Notes: generated from the letters alone by a model not told the origin. A stretch of DNA of 64,000 nucleotides from Thermoanaerobaculia bacterium (GCA_044226625.1 JBGAGQ010000025.1:14531-78530); one strand, 5' to 3'. Shown: positions 37,201-46,437, numbered from the stretch's first letter. A program made the numbers and translations.

Positions 37201-38427
37201 GTCGTCGATCAGTATGCGAAATACGTCTACGGCAACGGCACGACGAGCTTCAATCCGCAACCGATCCTCGGCGACGCGAGCTTCACGCCGATCGACACGC
37301 AGACGATCTTGAACGATCTCGACGGCACGCTCGACGGCGTCAAAGCGACCTCGGGCCCGGCGCGAAGCTCGGGGCTCAGCAACAACCATTTCTATGACAC
37401 GCCCCTCACCGTCGCCCAGTGCAATTCGTTCGGCACGGTGACGATGCCGTTCGAGTTCGCAAGCACGTTCATCGCGAAGCTCAACCTTCTGCCGCAGGCG
37501 AACGCGCAAGCGGCGACGGACGCGGGATGGATGGGGGCCAAGCCGACGGTCGCGGTCTATCGCCAGTTTCGGCTGTCGAATTCGGAGCCGGCAGAGGTCT
37601 GCGCCGGCGCCTCCGCGCCGATCTGCGGCGCAGGCGGGCAGACTTGCCGGCGCGGTACGTTCTTCATGGGCTCGAGCATCGGCCAAGGGATCGGCCTCAC
37701 GGTGCGGGACGGCAAGTTCTACGTCGACACGGCGAGCGCGCAGCAGACGGGAACCTGTCTCGGCGCGACGAACGTCGGCTACCAGCCGGCCCGATTCGAG
37801 GCCAACCAGACCTACGCCATCTACAACCTGTTCGCGAACAGCGAGACGAAGACCACGTATCAGATCTACGTCGGTCCGAGCTTCGATCTGAAGAACGGCT
37901 TCCGTTGGATCCGCGTCCTGCCGCACGAAACCGGCGCGCCTTCCTACGTCGTGCGCAAGACCGACGGACGAGAGCCTACGTCCGCTGATTTGAAAGACGG
38001 CGTGCTCACGATCACCCTCGATCAGAACGTGATCGCGAAGTCGTTCGCCTTTGACGCCAACGACCCAATTCGTTGCCAGCCGCGGGACCTTTGCCAACCG
38101 GGTCCGGGCGGCTGCACGCCCGCGCAGCTCCCCGTGGGCTACGAGGGATTGAAACCGCTCGTCGATCGCGTTTGCCGCGACTGGGTGACACCCGCGAATG
38201 TGCAAGTAGGGGCGGGTAACGACAAAGGGCTCTACCTCGCCGAATGTCCGGCGGGCGGGTGCTTGGGGTTCGCCTTCACGCTCCCCGGGGATTTCGCGCC
38301 GAAGCCGTACGCCGAGGTGGGGCAGAAGCTCAGCGAGTGTTACCCCAAAGACGCGACCTGGAACCGCGCGGTGGTCGCGTCCGACAAGCAGAGCTGTCCG
38401 GTGCCGCAGGCGAGGTTTTGCCAGTAG
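34294..38427 (+). CDS. Large secreted G8-domain / beta-helix protein (CEMIP/TMEM2-like)
   Basis: RBS AAGGAG; signal peptide; G8-like VNVVSGGTLYFAD..AKSILVQQGGSVRAG; SWARLN..LTLDRPVDWSQGDQVVLTTTD; VGLLSRSITI; GQGGRMGHYPVHFH; GHAYYLEDGSE; Cys-rich inserts. Confidence 0.88.
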   Translation: MAPMRRRSTSWIRIALFAAALCAFGDLAGAQCPAAAPPPNCQPITAHQVPPRLPGGGGGNPPDVVISDCRTVPPGTYSYGFVNVVSGGTLYFADAAGGTSLYAKSILVQQGGSVRAGAWCQPFGSGGGRLTIGLWGGDPSNQAKTNAADQGIACKDAAGRPAPCYPQDRVGKFCTGGDLTDPCSSAGPGASGANARFEGYDKASQNPNVSLKLHFDGNDFGFKAFAVSYGGSVELFGKKGVADAFRTDPNAQKGQPRMCAIPPAGQQFNPQAWANQSGTSWARLNASVAPNAGQLTLDRPVDWSQGDQVVLTTTDWHASHSELLTLKSVAGAQLNLADGMKTQAAHQGQIFTIDSNALSHDPGHANKSADVRAAVGLLSRSITIRSMGAAFDAGKGVPVDFPPAAQCATDKPECYFGGHVVVRQGFGRFQLQGVELYQLGQGGRMGHYPVHFHLDKDTSYTNAFVKDSSIWDSSTRFVVLHATHGVEIARNVGYLSVGHAYYLEDGSEIGNAFCYNLGVTARAPFPEYFQAQEANSPTRRFVPPILNEVGAIRGPSNFGPGSKCRLENLDAKTTVCRWKGPAWGDDSFCQKQGETGCFEATRFAYDRPTIGSDATTPAMFWIMNADNDFVGNLAVGVQGVGTCYWPLHSSVSGPSRFLSWASDGESYANFNNVTRVAPMRRFRGNGCSTAAYAIMMERGAGFPDSSRLPGEAGLNPVRNPYGGPDAAPLPATHDRWTIHDELLPRVTANFQATRKGSGNCVPSMKAGDQNACATTVIDHFTTSFNWAEVNVGSIWLRPFHYLFSNGAVTDQLYGGLGFVSGGSPEQALPGQLAISMDSLFAGSTAAAGSKDASSLGPDISGASGARCTGSFCSFPKDGVPFFVGSFQPKRLMTIYDGPFFADGSVFWVDEKKGNPSASSVYLRTTQPFENGQMRVVDAGVGWKQPNGFYYPPVFGFRNSGFRLGTTRHNVVDQYAKYVYGNGTTSFNPQPILGDASFTPIDTQTILNDLDGTLDGVKATSGPARSSGLSNNHFYDTPLTVAQCNSFGTVTMPFEFASTFIAKLNLLPQANAQAATDAGWMGAKPTVAVYRQFRLSNSEPAEVCAGASAPICGAGGQTCRRGTFFMGSSIGQGIGLTVRDGKFYVDTASAQQTGTCLGATNVGYQPARFEANQTYAIYNLFANSETKTTYQIYVGPSFDLKNGFRWIRVLPHETGAPSYVVRKTDGREPTSADLKDGVLTITLDQNVIAKSFAFDANDPIRCQPRDLCQPGPGGCTPAQLPVGYEGLKPLVDRVCRDWVTPANVQVGAGNDKGLYLAECPAGGCLGFAFTLPGDFAPKPYAEVGQKLSECYPKDATWNRAVVASDKQSCPVPQARFCQ

Positions 38428-38436
38428 GAGAGGGGC

Positions 38437-38821
38437 GATGGGGCGCGCTTTCAGCGCTTGGGGATGGACCTTGAACGATGGGACCTCGGGCGTTGCCCTA
38501 GGCTATTATCGGACGCGCCTTTGGCGCTTAAGGCACGAGACGGGTCGATATTAAGTTCAACGTCAGGATTAGCTCCAACCGATCCAAGGGCCGAAGGCCC
38601 GCCTTACCTGGTTGAACATTGGGCGCGCCTTTGGCGCTCAAGGCCGAGGCCGAGCTGGCCTCAGGTACAAGCGCCGGATCATCGTGAATCGTAAGATTAA
38701 TAGGAAGGGCCGAAGGCCCGCCTCATAATAGCCTAGGGCAACGCCCTAGGTCCTGAGGCGGCCCTCCCAAACGATCGGCGGTCCCCCTCAACCAATCCAA
38801 GGGCTGAAAGCCCGCCCCATC
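38437..38821. repeat. Nested palindromic REP/REPIN-like element (about 385 bp)
   Basis: Arm 38437-38467 pairs with 38792-38821, and 38481-38529 pairs with 38705-38753. Internal copies of AAGGGCCGAAGGCCCGCC (38586) and GCGCGCCTTTGGCGCT (38623). Confidence 0.85.
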
Positions 38822-38840
38822 CCACCGACCGCGAGACTTC

Positions 38841-39905
38841 CTACTTCCGCACCTCGCCCAAAATCTTCCCTACCATGGCCTCCGCCGCGCACCGGTGCCC
38901 TCGCGCGTTGGGGTGGAAGTTGTCGACCTCGATCGGCTCGGGGGAGGCGTCGCGGCAGGCTTGGAAGGGGACGATCAAATCGAGGTAGTGGAACTTGTGC
39001 TGGTCGGCGAGGCCCTTGGCGTAGGCGTGTTGGTCGCCGAGCGGGTAGGCGTGGAAGTTTTTGGTGAAGCGGGGGAAGACGGCGACGAGGACTTGGAAGC
39101 CGTTCTTCTTCGAAAGATCGTCGAGGACGCCGAAATACTCGGCCACGCGGTCGGTCGAGACGTCGGCGAGGAATTGCTCGACGCGTTTGGGATCGGCGGG
39201 GCCGCGGTGGGGCGGGAAGACGCGGTAGCGGAAGAAGCGGTAGATCGCGCTCGAGACGAGGTAGGGATTGGTCCGCGCGGAGGAGACGCCGCCGTGGCGC
39301 TGCTCTTCTTCGAGGAGCGTCTTGTAGATGTCGCCATCGATGTGCTCGCGGGAAGAGAGCGAGTAGGAGAGGAGCACGAGGTCGGGGCGATAGCGGAGAC
39401 CTTTCTCCTTGAGCGTCTCGACCTCCTGCTGGGTGTTGTAGCCGGAGACCGCGAGGCTGATCACCTCGGCGTTCACGCCCTTCTTGCGGAGCTCTTCGCC
39501 GAGGATCGCCGGGAACGTGTCCTCGAAACGCTCGACCTTCAGGCCCGCGGCGATGCTGTCGCCGATCACCACGATGCGGTAGACGCCCGGGGGCTTCGCG
39601 ACTTCGTGATCGACGTCGCGAAAACCGAGACGATTGCTCGCGCCGAGATAGTCGTAGAAGGCCAGCCCTTCTTCCGGTTTTCCAGGTTCGGAGGCGTTTC
39701 CTGGCGCTTTCCCAGGCGTCTTGCCTCCTCCTTGGTAATCGACCGGCACCGGCTCGTAGCCGATCTTCGGATTCCGCGCGAGGCGGAAGCGGCCGCGCTC
39801 GATCGGGTAGATCTTCGGCGCGGCGCCGAGGAGGCGCAGCATGCCTTCGGCGGCGAGCAGGGAAAAGGCGAGGGCGACGAGGGTGAGGGCGAGCTTCTTG
39901 ATCAT
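38841..39905 (-). CDS. SGNH/GDSL hydrolase family protein, membrane-anchored
   Basis: N-terminal TM ..AEGMLR; NRLGFRD, RIVVIGDSIAAG, AVSGYNT, DNFHPNARGH. Confidence 0.88.
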   Translation of the reverse strand: MIKKLALTLVALAFSLLAAEGMLRLLGAAPKIYPIERGRFRLARNPKIGYEPVPVDYQGGGKTPGKAPGNASEPGKPEEGLAFYDYLGASNRLGFRDVDHEVAKPPGVYRIVVIGDSIAAGLKVERFEDTFPAILGEELRKKGVNAEVISLAVSGYNTQQEVETLKEKGLRYRPDLVLLSYSLSSREHIDGDIYKTLLEEEQRHGGVSSARTNPYLVSSAIYRFFRYRVFPPHRGPADPKRVEQFLADVSTDRVAEYFGVLDDLSKKNGFQVLVAVFPRFTKNFHAYPLGDQHAYAKGLADQHKFHYLDLIVPFQACRDASPEPIEVDNFHPNARGHRCAAEAMVGKILGEVRK

Positions 39906-39934
39906 TCGGGCGGGCTTTCGACTTCGAACGGGTC

Positions 39935-40654
39935 TCAGGAGAAGGAGTAGCCGACGTCGGGGTAGAGCTGGTTGATCGCGAAACGGACCACCGGCGTGAA
40001 GACCGGGTCGAAGATCTTCCAGGCGATCATCATGCCGAACAGGGCGAGCTGCGGCTGGTGGAGGAATTCGAGATAGCTCTGGGCCGTCTTCTCCGACATG
40101 AAGAGCGGCGGCAGGGCGCTGCCATCGAGCGGTGGCAACGGCAGGAGGTTGAAGACGAAGAGGAGGATGTTGAGGGTGAAAAAAATCGACAGCGGCGAGG
40201 CGAAGGCGGCCGCGAGGCTACCGGGGACGGCCGCCTCGGTCAGGCGGTCGAAGCTGACCTGGTCGGGGGCGGCGAAGACGCCGCGGACGTAGCCGATGCG
40301 GATCGCGAGTCCGGAGAAGATCACAAGCAGGAGGTTCGCCGCCGGACCCGCCGCCGCCATGATCGCGGCGCGGCGGTGATGCCGGGCCGCCCAGGCCGGG
40401 TCGTACGGGGCGGAGGCCCAGCCGATCAGCGATTTTCCGCCGGAGAGGACGAGCGAGAGCAGCGGCGCCACGACCATGCCGAACGGCGCGCGGCGGATGT
40501 GGGGCCACGGATTCAACGAAACCTGGCCGCCGTGGTAGGCCGTCGGATCGCCCATGCGGAACGCGGCAAAGGCGTGCCCCGCCTCGTGAAGGGTGGTCGA
40601 GAAGAGGAACACGACGAACCAGGTGAGGCCTAGGACGAGTTGGTCGGGCGTCAT
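39935..40654 (-). CDS. Site-2 protease (peptidase M50), second paralog
   Basis: TLHEAGHA, GDPTA, AAGPAAN, FNLLPLPPLDG. Confidence 0.92.
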   Translation of the reverse strand: MTPDQLVLGLTWFVVFLFSTTLHEAGHAFAAFRMGDPTAYHGGQVSLNPWPHIRRAPFGMVVAPLLSLVLSGGKSLIGWASAPYDPAWAARHHRRAAIMAAAGPAANLLLVIFSGLAIRIGYVRGVFAAPDQVSFDRLTEAAVPGSLAAAFASPLSIFFTLNILLFVFNLLPLPPLDGSALPPLFMSEKTAQSYLEFLHQPQLALFGMMIAWKIFDPVFTPVVRFAINQLYPDVGYSFS

Positions 40655-40869
40655 GCGGTGGATGGTATCGAATGCCGGGCGCGCGCGGGGCCGGTCCGGG
40701 CCGGCTCGCCTCGTTTCCGCTCCTCTCGTCCGTCTCCGGTGGGCGGGCCGTCGTGGCCGGCTCGAGTCCGAGCGGCCTTCGTCGAGAGCCCCCCGCGCTC
40801 CGGTTTTCGGCTATCCTCTATCGCGTCCGACCGTCTCGGGCGATCCGCCGTACCACGCAAGAAAAAAGA

Positions 40870-41214
40870 ATGAGTCGAGACCGTAGAAAGTACCGCCGCG
40901 TCGCGGCCGGCGTGCGCGTCCTCTACACGGGGGTCCAGGTGGAGCGATCGACCCGCGAGTACTTCGACGGGATCGCCCGCGATCTCTCGATCGGTGGGCT
41001 GTTCCTCGCGACGCGCCGACCGCTGCCGAAGGGAACGCTGGTCGACCTCGATTTCTTCATGGAAGGCGCGGAGGGCGAGCCCGTCCACGCCCGGGCCGTC
41101 GTGCGCTGGGTGCGCCGCTTCTTCCGGCCGCGCGGCATGGGCCTCGAGTTCGTCGACGTCGAAGGGCTGGGGGCGACCCGGCTCGAAAGCTGGATCGAGA
41201 GCGTTCTCGAGTAG
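40870..41214 (+). CDS. Stand-alone PilZ domain protein (c-di-GMP receptor)
   Basis: DRRKYRR (RxxxR) and RDLSIGGLF (D/NxSxGG); ARAVVRWVR..GMGLEF. Confidence 0.88.
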   Translation: MSRDRRKYRRVAAGVRVLYTGVQVERSTREYFDGIARDLSIGGLFLATRRPLPKGTLVDLDFFMEGAEGEPVHARAVVRWVRRFFRPRGMGLEFVDVEGLGATRLESWIESVLE

Positions 41215-41234
41215 GGCAGGAGACGAGGCTCTTC

Positions 41235-41262
41235 GGGGCGAGGGGTTTGACCGCCTCGCCCC
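41235..41262. terminator. Hairpin between convergent PilZ and efp genes
   Basis: GGGGCGAGG-loop-CCTCGCCCC. No strong U-tract. Confidence 0.5.
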
Positions 41263-41270
41263 CACGTTGA

Positions 41271-41828
41271 TCAGGCCCGCGACAGGTACTTGTTCTCGCG
41301 GGTGTCGATGATGATCTTCACCCCCCGCTCGATGAACGGCGGCACCTGGACGACGAGGCCGGTCTCCATCGTCGCCGGTTTGTACGAGGAGCTCGCGGTG
41401 GCGCCCTTCATGCCGGGCTCGGTGTCGACCACTTCCAGCGTCACCGTGTTCGGCAGCTCGATACCGACCGGGTTCTGCTCGTAGAAATCGACCTGGATCA
41501 CCGTGTTCGGCAGCAGGTACTGCATGGAGTCGCCGAGCGTTTCGTCGTCGAGCGCCACCTGCTCGTAGGTCTCCTGGTTCATGAAGTGGTGCCCGGAGCC
41601 GTCGGAGTAGAGGTACTCCATCTGGTTCGTGTCGAGGATGGCCCGCTCGACCTTCTCGGTCGAGCCGAAGCGGTGCTCGAAGCTGTTGCCGGTCTTCAAG
41701 CTCCGCATCTTGGCTTGGACGAATCCGCGCCAGTTGCCGGGCGTGACGTGCTGGACTTGCATGATGCGGCAGATGTTCCCCTCGAACAGGATGCACATGC
41801 CGACGCGCATTTGGGTCGCTGGAATCAA
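41271..41828 (-). CDS. efp: Elongation factor P
   Basis: TTG start; HVTPGNWRGFVQAKMRSLKTG, MEYLYSDG, FMNQETYEQ, TEPGMKGATA, KPATMETG..VPPFI..IDTR..YLSRA. Confidence 0.95.
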   Translation of the reverse strand: MIPATQMRVGMCILFEGNICRIMQVQHVTPGNWRGFVQAKMRSLKTGNSFEHRFGSTEKVERAILDTNQMEYLYSDGSGHHFMNQETYEQVALDDETLGDSMQYLLPNTVIQVDFYEQNPVGIELPNTVTLEVVDTEPGMKGATASSSYKPATMETGLVVQVPPFIERGVKIIIDTRENKYLSRA

Positions 41829-41883
41829 AGCTCTCTCCGTTTCGGGTCCTGCCAGCCGATGAGGCCGGCCAGGGCCGGGATCT

Positions 41884-43980
41884 TCATTCTTCTTCTTCGT
41901 GCTTCCGATTGCGGTTCGCTTCGGCGACGATCTTGTCCTGCACCAGGCGCGGCACCTCTTCGTAGTGCGAGAACTCCATGTGGAAGTTCGCGCGCCCCTG
42001 GGTCATCGAGCGCAGCGCCGGAGCGTAGTTGAGCATTTCGGCCATCGGCACCTGCGCCTTGATCAACTGGCCGGAGGAGGAGCTCTCCATGCCGGACGGA
42101 CGGCCCCGGCGATGCGACAGGTCGCCCATGATGTCGCCGGTGAAATCGTCGGGGGTGTCGATCTCGACCTTCATGATCGGCTCGGTCAGCGTCACGCCGG
42201 CCTTGGCGAGCGCGTCCTTCAAGCCGAGCGAGCCCGCGATCTTGAACGCGAGCTCGGAGGAGTCGACGTCGTGGTACTGGCCGTCGAGCAGCCGGACGCG
42301 GAAGTCGACCACCGGGAAGCCGGCGAGGTAGCCGCGCCGGCGCGCCTCCTGGATGCCCTTTTCGACCGCCGGCCGGTAGTTCTGGGGAATCGCGCCGCCG
42401 AAGATCTCGTCGACGAAGGCGAAGTCCTCGCCGCGCGGCATCGGCTCGATCTTGATCTTGCAGTCGGCGAACTGGCCCCGGCCGCCGCTCTGCTTCTTGT
42501 GCCGCCCGTGCCCTTCGGCCGGCTTCGTGATCGTCTCGCGGTAGGGCACCTTCGGCGGGTGGAGGTTCACCTCGACGTGATAGCGGTTCTTGAGCTTCGA
42601 GACCGCGATCTCGATGTGCAGCTGGCCGGTGCCGGAGAGGAGGATCTCGTGCGTCTCCGGGTCGCGGCTCGAGCGCAGCGTGAGGTCCTCGTCCATCAGG
42701 CGGTGCAGCGCGTCGCCGATCTTCTCGTCGTCGCCCTTGGACTTCGGCTCGATCGCGAAGCTCATCGCCGGCTCCGGCACCTTGATCCACTCGAGCGCGA
42801 GCGTCTTGTCCTTGGCGTTCGGAGCGAGCAGCGTGTCGCCGGTCGCGGAAACCTTGAGCTTCGCGACGCCGCCGATGTCGCCCGCGATCAGGCGCGGGAC
42901 CTGGGTGCCTTGTTTGCCCTGGAGCGCCATCAGGTGACCGACCTTCTCGGCTTCACCCGCGCGGGAGTTCCAGGCCGCGGCGTCGGCCGGGAGCGTGCCG
43001 GTCATCACGCGGAGGATCGAGATCTTCCCGGAGAACGGGTCGGACAGCGTCTTGAAGACCAGCGCCGCGCACGGCGCGGCGGGATCGCTCGCGAGCTCGA
43101 CGCTCCCATCGGCGCCGGTCGCCTGGAAGTGCCGGCCGACCGGGGAGGGGAGGTAGTCGACCGCGAAGTCGAGAACCGCCGAGCCGCCGATCCCGTGTCC
43201 GGGCGCGCCCAGGAGGACCGGGAAGATCTGGCGGTGGGCCACCGCCATGCGGATCCCTTTCTCGAGGTTCTCCTGCGACAGCGTCCCCTGCTCGAAGAAG
43301 CCGGTCATCAGCTCGTCGTCGGTCTCGGCCACCGCTTCGATCAGCGTCGCGCGGGCGGCCTCCGCCTCCTCGAGCAGGTCGGCCGGGATGTCGGCGATCT
43401 CCGCTTTGCCGTTGCCGTCCTTGGCGAAGCGCAGAGCCTTCATCCGGACCAGGTCGACGATGCCGGAGAAGGCCGCTTCCTTGCCGATCGGCAGCTGGAC
43501 CGGAAGGACGCCACGGCCGAAGGCCTTCTGCAGGCTTGCGAGCGCGCGGTCGAGATCGGCCCGCTCGCGGTCCATCTTCGCGAGGTGGATGGCGACCGGG
43601 ATCTCGCCCTCGGCCGCCGCTTGCCAGACTTTCTCGGTGTTGACCTCGACGCCCGCGACGCCGTTGACGCAGAGGAGGACGGCGTCGGCCGCGCGCAGCC
43701 CCGCGCGGGTCTCGGTGAAGAAGATGCCGTAGCCGGGGCAGTCGATGAGGTTGATCTTGTGGCCGCGCCAGGGGACGAAAGAGGTCGCGATTCCGATCGA
43801 GATGCCGCGCTCGATCTCTTCCTTGTCGAAGTCGGTCAGCGTATTGCCGTCCTCGACGCGGTTCAGCCGGGTGGTGACCCCACCGGTGAAGGCGAGCGCG
43901 CTCGCGAGGGTGGTCTTGCCGGTGTCGTTGTGACCCGCCAGCGCGAGGTTACGAATCTTGTCGGAGCTGTCGACCTGCAT
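41884..43980 (-). CDS. fusA: Elongation factor G paralog (EF-G2-like)
   Basis: RBS GGAGG; GHNDTGKTTL, ERGISI, DCPGY, KMDR, GTGQLHIEI, KKQSGGRGQF, YHDVDSSE. Not in the str operon, and G-motifs are divergent. Confidence 0.92.
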   Translation of the reverse strand: MQVDSSDKIRNLALAGHNDTGKTTLASALAFTGGVTTRLNRVEDGNTLTDFDKEEIERGISIGIATSFVPWRGHKINLIDCPGYGIFFTETRAGLRAADAVLLCVNGVAGVEVNTEKVWQAAAEGEIPVAIHLAKMDRERADLDRALASLQKAFGRGVLPVQLPIGKEAAFSGIVDLVRMKALRFAKDGNGKAEIADIPADLLEEAEAARATLIEAVAETDDELMTGFFEQGTLSQENLEKGIRMAVAHRQIFPVLLGAPGHGIGGSAVLDFAVDYLPSPVGRHFQATGADGSVELASDPAAPCAALVFKTLSDPFSGKISILRVMTGTLPADAAAWNSRAGEAEKVGHLMALQGKQGTQVPRLIAGDIGGVAKLKVSATGDTLLAPNAKDKTLALEWIKVPEPAMSFAIEPKSKGDDEKIGDALHRLMDEDLTLRSSRDPETHEILLSGTGQLHIEIAVSKLKNRYHVEVNLHPPKVPYRETITKPAEGHGRHKKQSGGRGQFADCKIKIEPMPRGEDFAFVDEIFGGAIPQNYRPAVEKGIQEARRRGYLAGFPVVDFRVRLLDGQYHDVDSSELAFKIAGSLGLKDALAKAGVTLTEPIMKVEIDTPDDFTGDIMGDLSHRRGRPSGMESSSSGQLIKAQVPMAEMLNYAPALRSMTQGRANFHMEFSHYEEVPRLVQDKIVAEANRNRKHEEEE

Positions 43981-44289
43981 CCCGGTGCCTCCTTGGCCAT
44001 CAGATGAAACGCGGCTATAGCGCGGATCGAATACCTGGTTGCAATCGCGGCTGAAATCGAGCGTCAAATGATAGCACAGAGGTTGTCCACCTAGGAGTTA
44101 AATGGCTTGCTAGGAGAGGTTTAGGTCCGGTCGGCCCGTCTCGGCGCGGCGGGGGAGAGCAGCCGTTCGCGCGGGGCCGGATCTTCATCGCGGGCGAGGT
44201 CTCCGGGGCCATGGGCGACCCGGCGGAAGCTGCTACAATCTGCCGCTCCCGGACGAGTCCCCAGGCCCCGATCGAGGAAAAACGAGGCG

Positions 44290-46437
44290 ATGGCACCCCA
44301 CCCTACCCAGCTCGGGCGTTACGAGATTCGAGAGGAGCTCGGCAAAGGGGCGATGGGGATCGTCTACCTCGCTCGCGATCCGCTGATCGGCCGCCTCGTC
44401 GCGTTGAAGACGTTCCGCCTCGGCTTTTCGACCGGCGATCGCGACATCGAACAGTTCCGCGCGCGGTTCATGCGCGAGGCGCAGAGCGCGGGCATCCTGT
44501 CCCACCCGGGGATCGTCACCGTCCACGACGTGGTCGAGCGAAGCGAAGAGGGTCTCGCCTTCATCGCCATGGAGTACGTGCGCGGCACGAACCTCAAGAT
44601 GCTGCTCCAGGGCGACGCGCCGCTCGACCTCGCCTTCGTCGCCGACGTCATCTCCCAGATCGCCGCCGCGCTCGATTACGCCCACGCCCACGGCGTGATC
44701 CATCGCGACGTCAAGCCGGCGAACGTCATCCTGACCGGCGACGGCAAGGTCAAGCTCACCGATTTCGGCATCGCCCGGCTCGACAGCTCGAACCTGACGC
44801 AGGAAGGGCAGATGCTCGGCACGCCGAACTACATGGCGCCCGAGCAGGTGATGGGCAAGGAGGTCGACCATCGCGCCGACCTCTTCTCGCTCGGCGTCGT
44901 GCTCTACGAGATGCTCACGGGGCACAAGCCGTTCGCGGGCGAGAACCTGACGCAGGTCTCGCACCGGATCGTCTATGAGCCGTTCACCCCGCCGGAGAAG
45001 TTCGTTCGCGACCTGCCGCCCGCGATCCGCGCGGTCCTCACCAAGGCGCTCGACAAGAACCCCGACGACCGCTACTCGACCGCGAGCGACCTCGCGCGCG
45101 ATCTCGCCGGCGCGATCTCCGGCCGCAACCGCGCGCCGATGGACCTCAACGAGACGCAGAGCGTCGACGCGTTCTCTCCGCCGCTGCCCGTGCCGGATCT
45201 GCCGCCCCCGCCGCCGCTGCCGGCGCTGCCTGCGACCCAGGCGCTGTTCTTTCCGCCCGGCGACGGCTCGACGACCGGGCTCGGCGTTCCGGGCACGCTC
45301 CACGACACGCTCGTGACCCCGGCGGCGACCGTCGAGTTCCCCTCGGGCTCTCGCGCGTCGGCTCCGATCGCCGTTTCGCCAGCCATCCCACCGGCGGCCC
45401 CTCCGCTCGTCTCGGCGCCCGTCGACCCGGTGCCGAGCGCCGCGGACATCCCTCCAGCGGCGGCGGTTCCCCAGCCCGCAGCCGCGCCGGCTGCCGCGCC
45501 CCGGCCGGCGGGCAAGGGTCTCGGGCATTGGCTTGCGTTGAGCGCCGGAAGCGTCGCCGTGGCCGGCGTCGCGGCGGCGGCGTTCCTGCTCACGCTGTCG
45601 TGGGTGGGCACGCCGCTCTCTCGTTCGCTCGCGCCGGAACGGCAGGCGGTCGAGCGCGAGGTGATCCAGCTCCGCCAGGAGGGGATCCGGCGGCTGGCGC
45701 TCGGCGATTCGGCCGGCGCTGCGATGATGCTGGCGCGCGCCGAGCAGCTCGCGCCCGAGCACGTCGGCCTGCGCGACCTGCGGCAGAAGGCGACCCAGCA
45801 GGCGGCGGCATTCGCCGGCGCCGCGGGGCGCACCGCCGAGGTGCAGGAAGGGCTCGCCAACGCGCGCACCGCGCTCGCCGAGAAGCGCTACGACGAGGCG
45901 GCGATCGCCGCGATCGGCGTCCTGTCGCGCCAGCCGGACAACCGCGAGGCGAACGACATCCTGGCCGCCGTGCAGCAGGCGAAGACCCTCACCGCGCCCC
46001 CGACGGGGCGGAACCGGCCCGGTGGCACGCGGAGGCCGGAGGAGCCCCAAGCTTCCGGATCCGAGGCTCCCGTCGAGACGGCCCGCGCCGACACGCCCCC
46101 GACGGCGGAGGCGGCGACCGGCGACGCCGTGTTGAACGTCTCGTTCACGACCGAGATGGCCGAAGGGGTCGTGATGGTCTACTACGAAAAGCGCCAGCTC
46201 CTGCGTGAGGCGTTCCGCTACAAGACCGGCGGTTTCCTCCGCTCGCGCGCAACCGGCGGCGGCTTCGACCGCCAGATCACCTTGCCGCCGGGCTCGGGCC
46301 AACTGCGGGTCTACGTGACCCCGGCGGGCCGGCCGGCCAAGGTGATGAACCTGCAGGGGAACTTCCCCGCGGGCTCCTCCCGCCGCCTGGTGATCGACCT
46401 CTCGGCGGCGGGCACCGCGAACGCCCAGCTGCAGTAA
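44290..46437 (+). CDS. Ser/Thr protein kinase with Pro-rich linker, TM and extracytoplasmic TPR-like / beta domain
   Basis: LGKGAMGIVY, VALK, RFMREAQSAG, HRDVKPAN, LTDFGIA, GTPNYMAPEQ, ADLFSLG. Confidence 0.95.
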   Translation: MAPHPTQLGRYEIREELGKGAMGIVYLARDPLIGRLVALKTFRLGFSTGDRDIEQFRARFMREAQSAGILSHPGIVTVHDVVERSEEGLAFIAMEYVRGTNLKMLLQGDAPLDLAFVADVISQIAAALDYAHAHGVIHRDVKPANVILTGDGKVKLTDFGIARLDSSNLTQEGQMLGTPNYMAPEQVMGKEVDHRADLFSLGVVLYEMLTGHKPFAGENLTQVSHRIVYEPFTPPEKFVRDLPPAIRAVLTKALDKNPDDRYSTASDLARDLAGAISGRNRAPMDLNETQSVDAFSPPLPVPDLPPPPPLPALPATQALFFPPGDGSTTGLGVPGTLHDTLVTPAATVEFPSGSRASAPIAVSPAIPPAAPPLVSAPVDPVPSAADIPPAAAVPQPAAAPAAAPRPAGKGLGHWLALSAGSVAVAGVAAAAFLLTLSWVGTPLSRSLAPERQAVEREVIQLRQEGIRRLALGDSAGAAMMLARAEQLAPEHVGLRDLRQKATQQAAAFAGAAGRTAEVQEGLANARTALAEKRYDEAAIAAIGVLSRQPDNREANDILAAVQQAKTLTAPPTGRNRPGGTRRPEEPQASGSEAPVETARADTPPTAEAATGDAVLNVSFTTEMAEGVVMVYYEKRQLLREAFRYKTGGFLRSRATGGGFDRQITLPPGSGQLRVYVTPAGRPAKVMNLQGNFPAGSSRRLVIDLSAAGTANAQLQ

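Noticed and set aside
38437-38821. CRISPR array
   Set aside because: Repeats are inverted and nested, not direct repeats with regular spacers, and no cas genes are present.
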